Source: an uncultured delta proteobacterium (lineage in GTDB: Bacteria > Desulfobacterota > BSN033 > UBA1163). From it: DNA of 64,000 bases. The translations under genes were made by a program, and so were the position numbers. The stretch lies in NCBI GenBank assembly GCA_963708295.1, contig CAVPSJ010000012.1:208355-272354 (forward strand). The letters are read 5' to 3'. Of this stretch, positions 62,941 to 64,000 are shown piece after piece (the first letter of the stretch is position 1; every line of letters starts with the position of its first letter). The notes beneath the pieces are model-generated. The model was not told the origin of the DNA and did not search any database. It saw only the letters and a list, made by a program, of their open reading frames with translations.

Positions 62941-64000
62941 ATGAAGCGGTGGATCATTGGGTTTTTAGTCAGCTTGTTCTTTTTCTCTGGAAGCATCCTT
63001 GCTTTTGGGCAAACGACGGGAGCCGATAAAAAGGGGGACTATCTCCTCCCGGGGGATATGAAAGAGGGATGGAAGGTTTTCACGAAGAAGAAATGTAGCA
63101 CCTGTCATGCCATCTGGGGAGAAGGCGGAAAGGAAGGTCCGGACCTCGGATCCCTTCCAGGATCTTATGTCAGCCAATCCCAGTTAGCAGCCTTGATGTG
63201 GAACCATTGGCCGGAAATGTGGGGGAAGATGATGGCCAGAAAGATTCCTCTCCAGAAAATGGACAAGCAAGAGATGGCAGACCTTTTTGCATTTCTCTAT
63301 TTCATCCGGTACATGGATGAACCAGGAAATCCTCAGAATGGAAAGAGGTTGATGGAGACCAAGCATTGCGGCGAATGCCATGCGGTCGGAAAAGAGGGGG
63401 GCAAGGGCGATCTCAGCCGTTGGGGCATGTATACGAATCCCATTTTATGGGCTCAGATGATGTGGAATCATTCCCCTCAAATGGAACAGGAAATGAGAAA
63501 GAAGGGACTCCCCTGGGTCGAGTTCAAAGGGAATGAAATGGTCGACCTGATTGCCTATATTCGAAGCCTCAGTTCAAAGATGGAAAAGGCTTACCTCTCT
63601 CCTGGAGATCTCCAGTCCGGAAAAAAGTTATTCTCTCAAAAGGGATGTGCTCGATGTCATTCCCCTCGAAGCGAGGTTGACTTATCAAAGAAAAAAGATT
63701 TTCCGAGGACATTGGCTCAGCTGGCCGGAATGATGTGGAACCATTCGTATCAAATGTGGAAGGGGATGGAGGAAAAAGGCATAGGACGTCCAACCGTTTC
63801 TCCTCAAGAGATGGCCGATCTTGTTGCCTATCTTTTTTCAACACAATATTTTGATGAACCCGGCAACCCTGAAGAGGGGAAAAAGGTTTTTGTTAAGAAA
63901 CAGTGCAACCTCTGCCATGCCAAGGGCACCCCTATGGCAAACCTGACTGCCCTGAAAGGGCAGATCTCTCCTATCCTGATGGCCCAGACCATGTGGAATC
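62941..64000 (+). CDS. Paralogous tandem-repeat cytochrome c (runs off the window end)
   Basis: Manual translation MKRWIIGFLV...; CSTCH, CGECH, CARCH, CNLCH, each followed by MWN(H). Confidence 0.88.
   Translation, partial: MKRWIIGFLVSLFFFSGSILAFGQTTGADKKGDYLLPGDMKEGWKVFTKKKCSTCHAIWGEGGKEGPDLGSLPGSYVSQSQLAALMWNHWPEMWGKMMARKIPLQKMDKQEMADLFAFLYFIRYMDEPGNPQNGKRLMETKHCGECHAVGKEGGKGDLSRWGMYTNPILWAQMMWNHSPQMEQEMRKKGLPWVEFKGNEMVDLIAYIRSLSSKMEKAYLSPGDLQSGKKLFSQKGCARCHSPRSEVDLSKKKDFPRTLAQLAGMMWNHSYQMWKGMEEKGIGRPTVSPQEMADLVAYLFSTQYFDEPGNPEEGKKVFVKKQCNLCHAKGTPMANLTALKGQISPILMAQTMWN

Overview
Bacterial chromosomal window, probably from a Desulfobacterota/deltaproteobacterial genome (inferred from gene content). 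The first ~40 kb is a Na+/K+ homeostasis island. It holds a V/A-type ATPase operon (H-I-K-E-C-F-A, with a Na+-type K ring), ktrAB, kdpFABC preceded by a beta-barrel gene, and two kinase-less KdpD sensors (one fused to a PTS EIIA domain). Its regulators are two paralogous HAMP/PAS histidine kinases, a receiver-TPR regulator and a sigma54 activator, and it also has an APC-Usp-TrkA-TrkA operon under a clear c-di-AMP (ydaO) riboswitch. The most striking unannotated signal is a tandem pair of near-identical aptamer+terminator RNAs (10424-10691, resembling the DUF1646/Na+-I riboswitch) upstream of an array of tiny membrane proteins. 40-53 kb is mostly housekeeping (amrB/A fusion, dtd, EF-G paralog, UbiA/MenA, truA, comB, DUF362) and includes a ~470-nt ORF-free, highly self-complementary region. 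53-64 kb is a large respiratory cluster with two NrfD modules, a molybdopterin-family subunit lacking the usual Cys ligand, and multiheme/repeat cytochromes c. Many genes are split by single-base indels, most likely sequencing or assembly errors. Intergenic spaces contain many MITE/REP-like elements and heptamer arrays. All calls were made by eye; no database searches were run.
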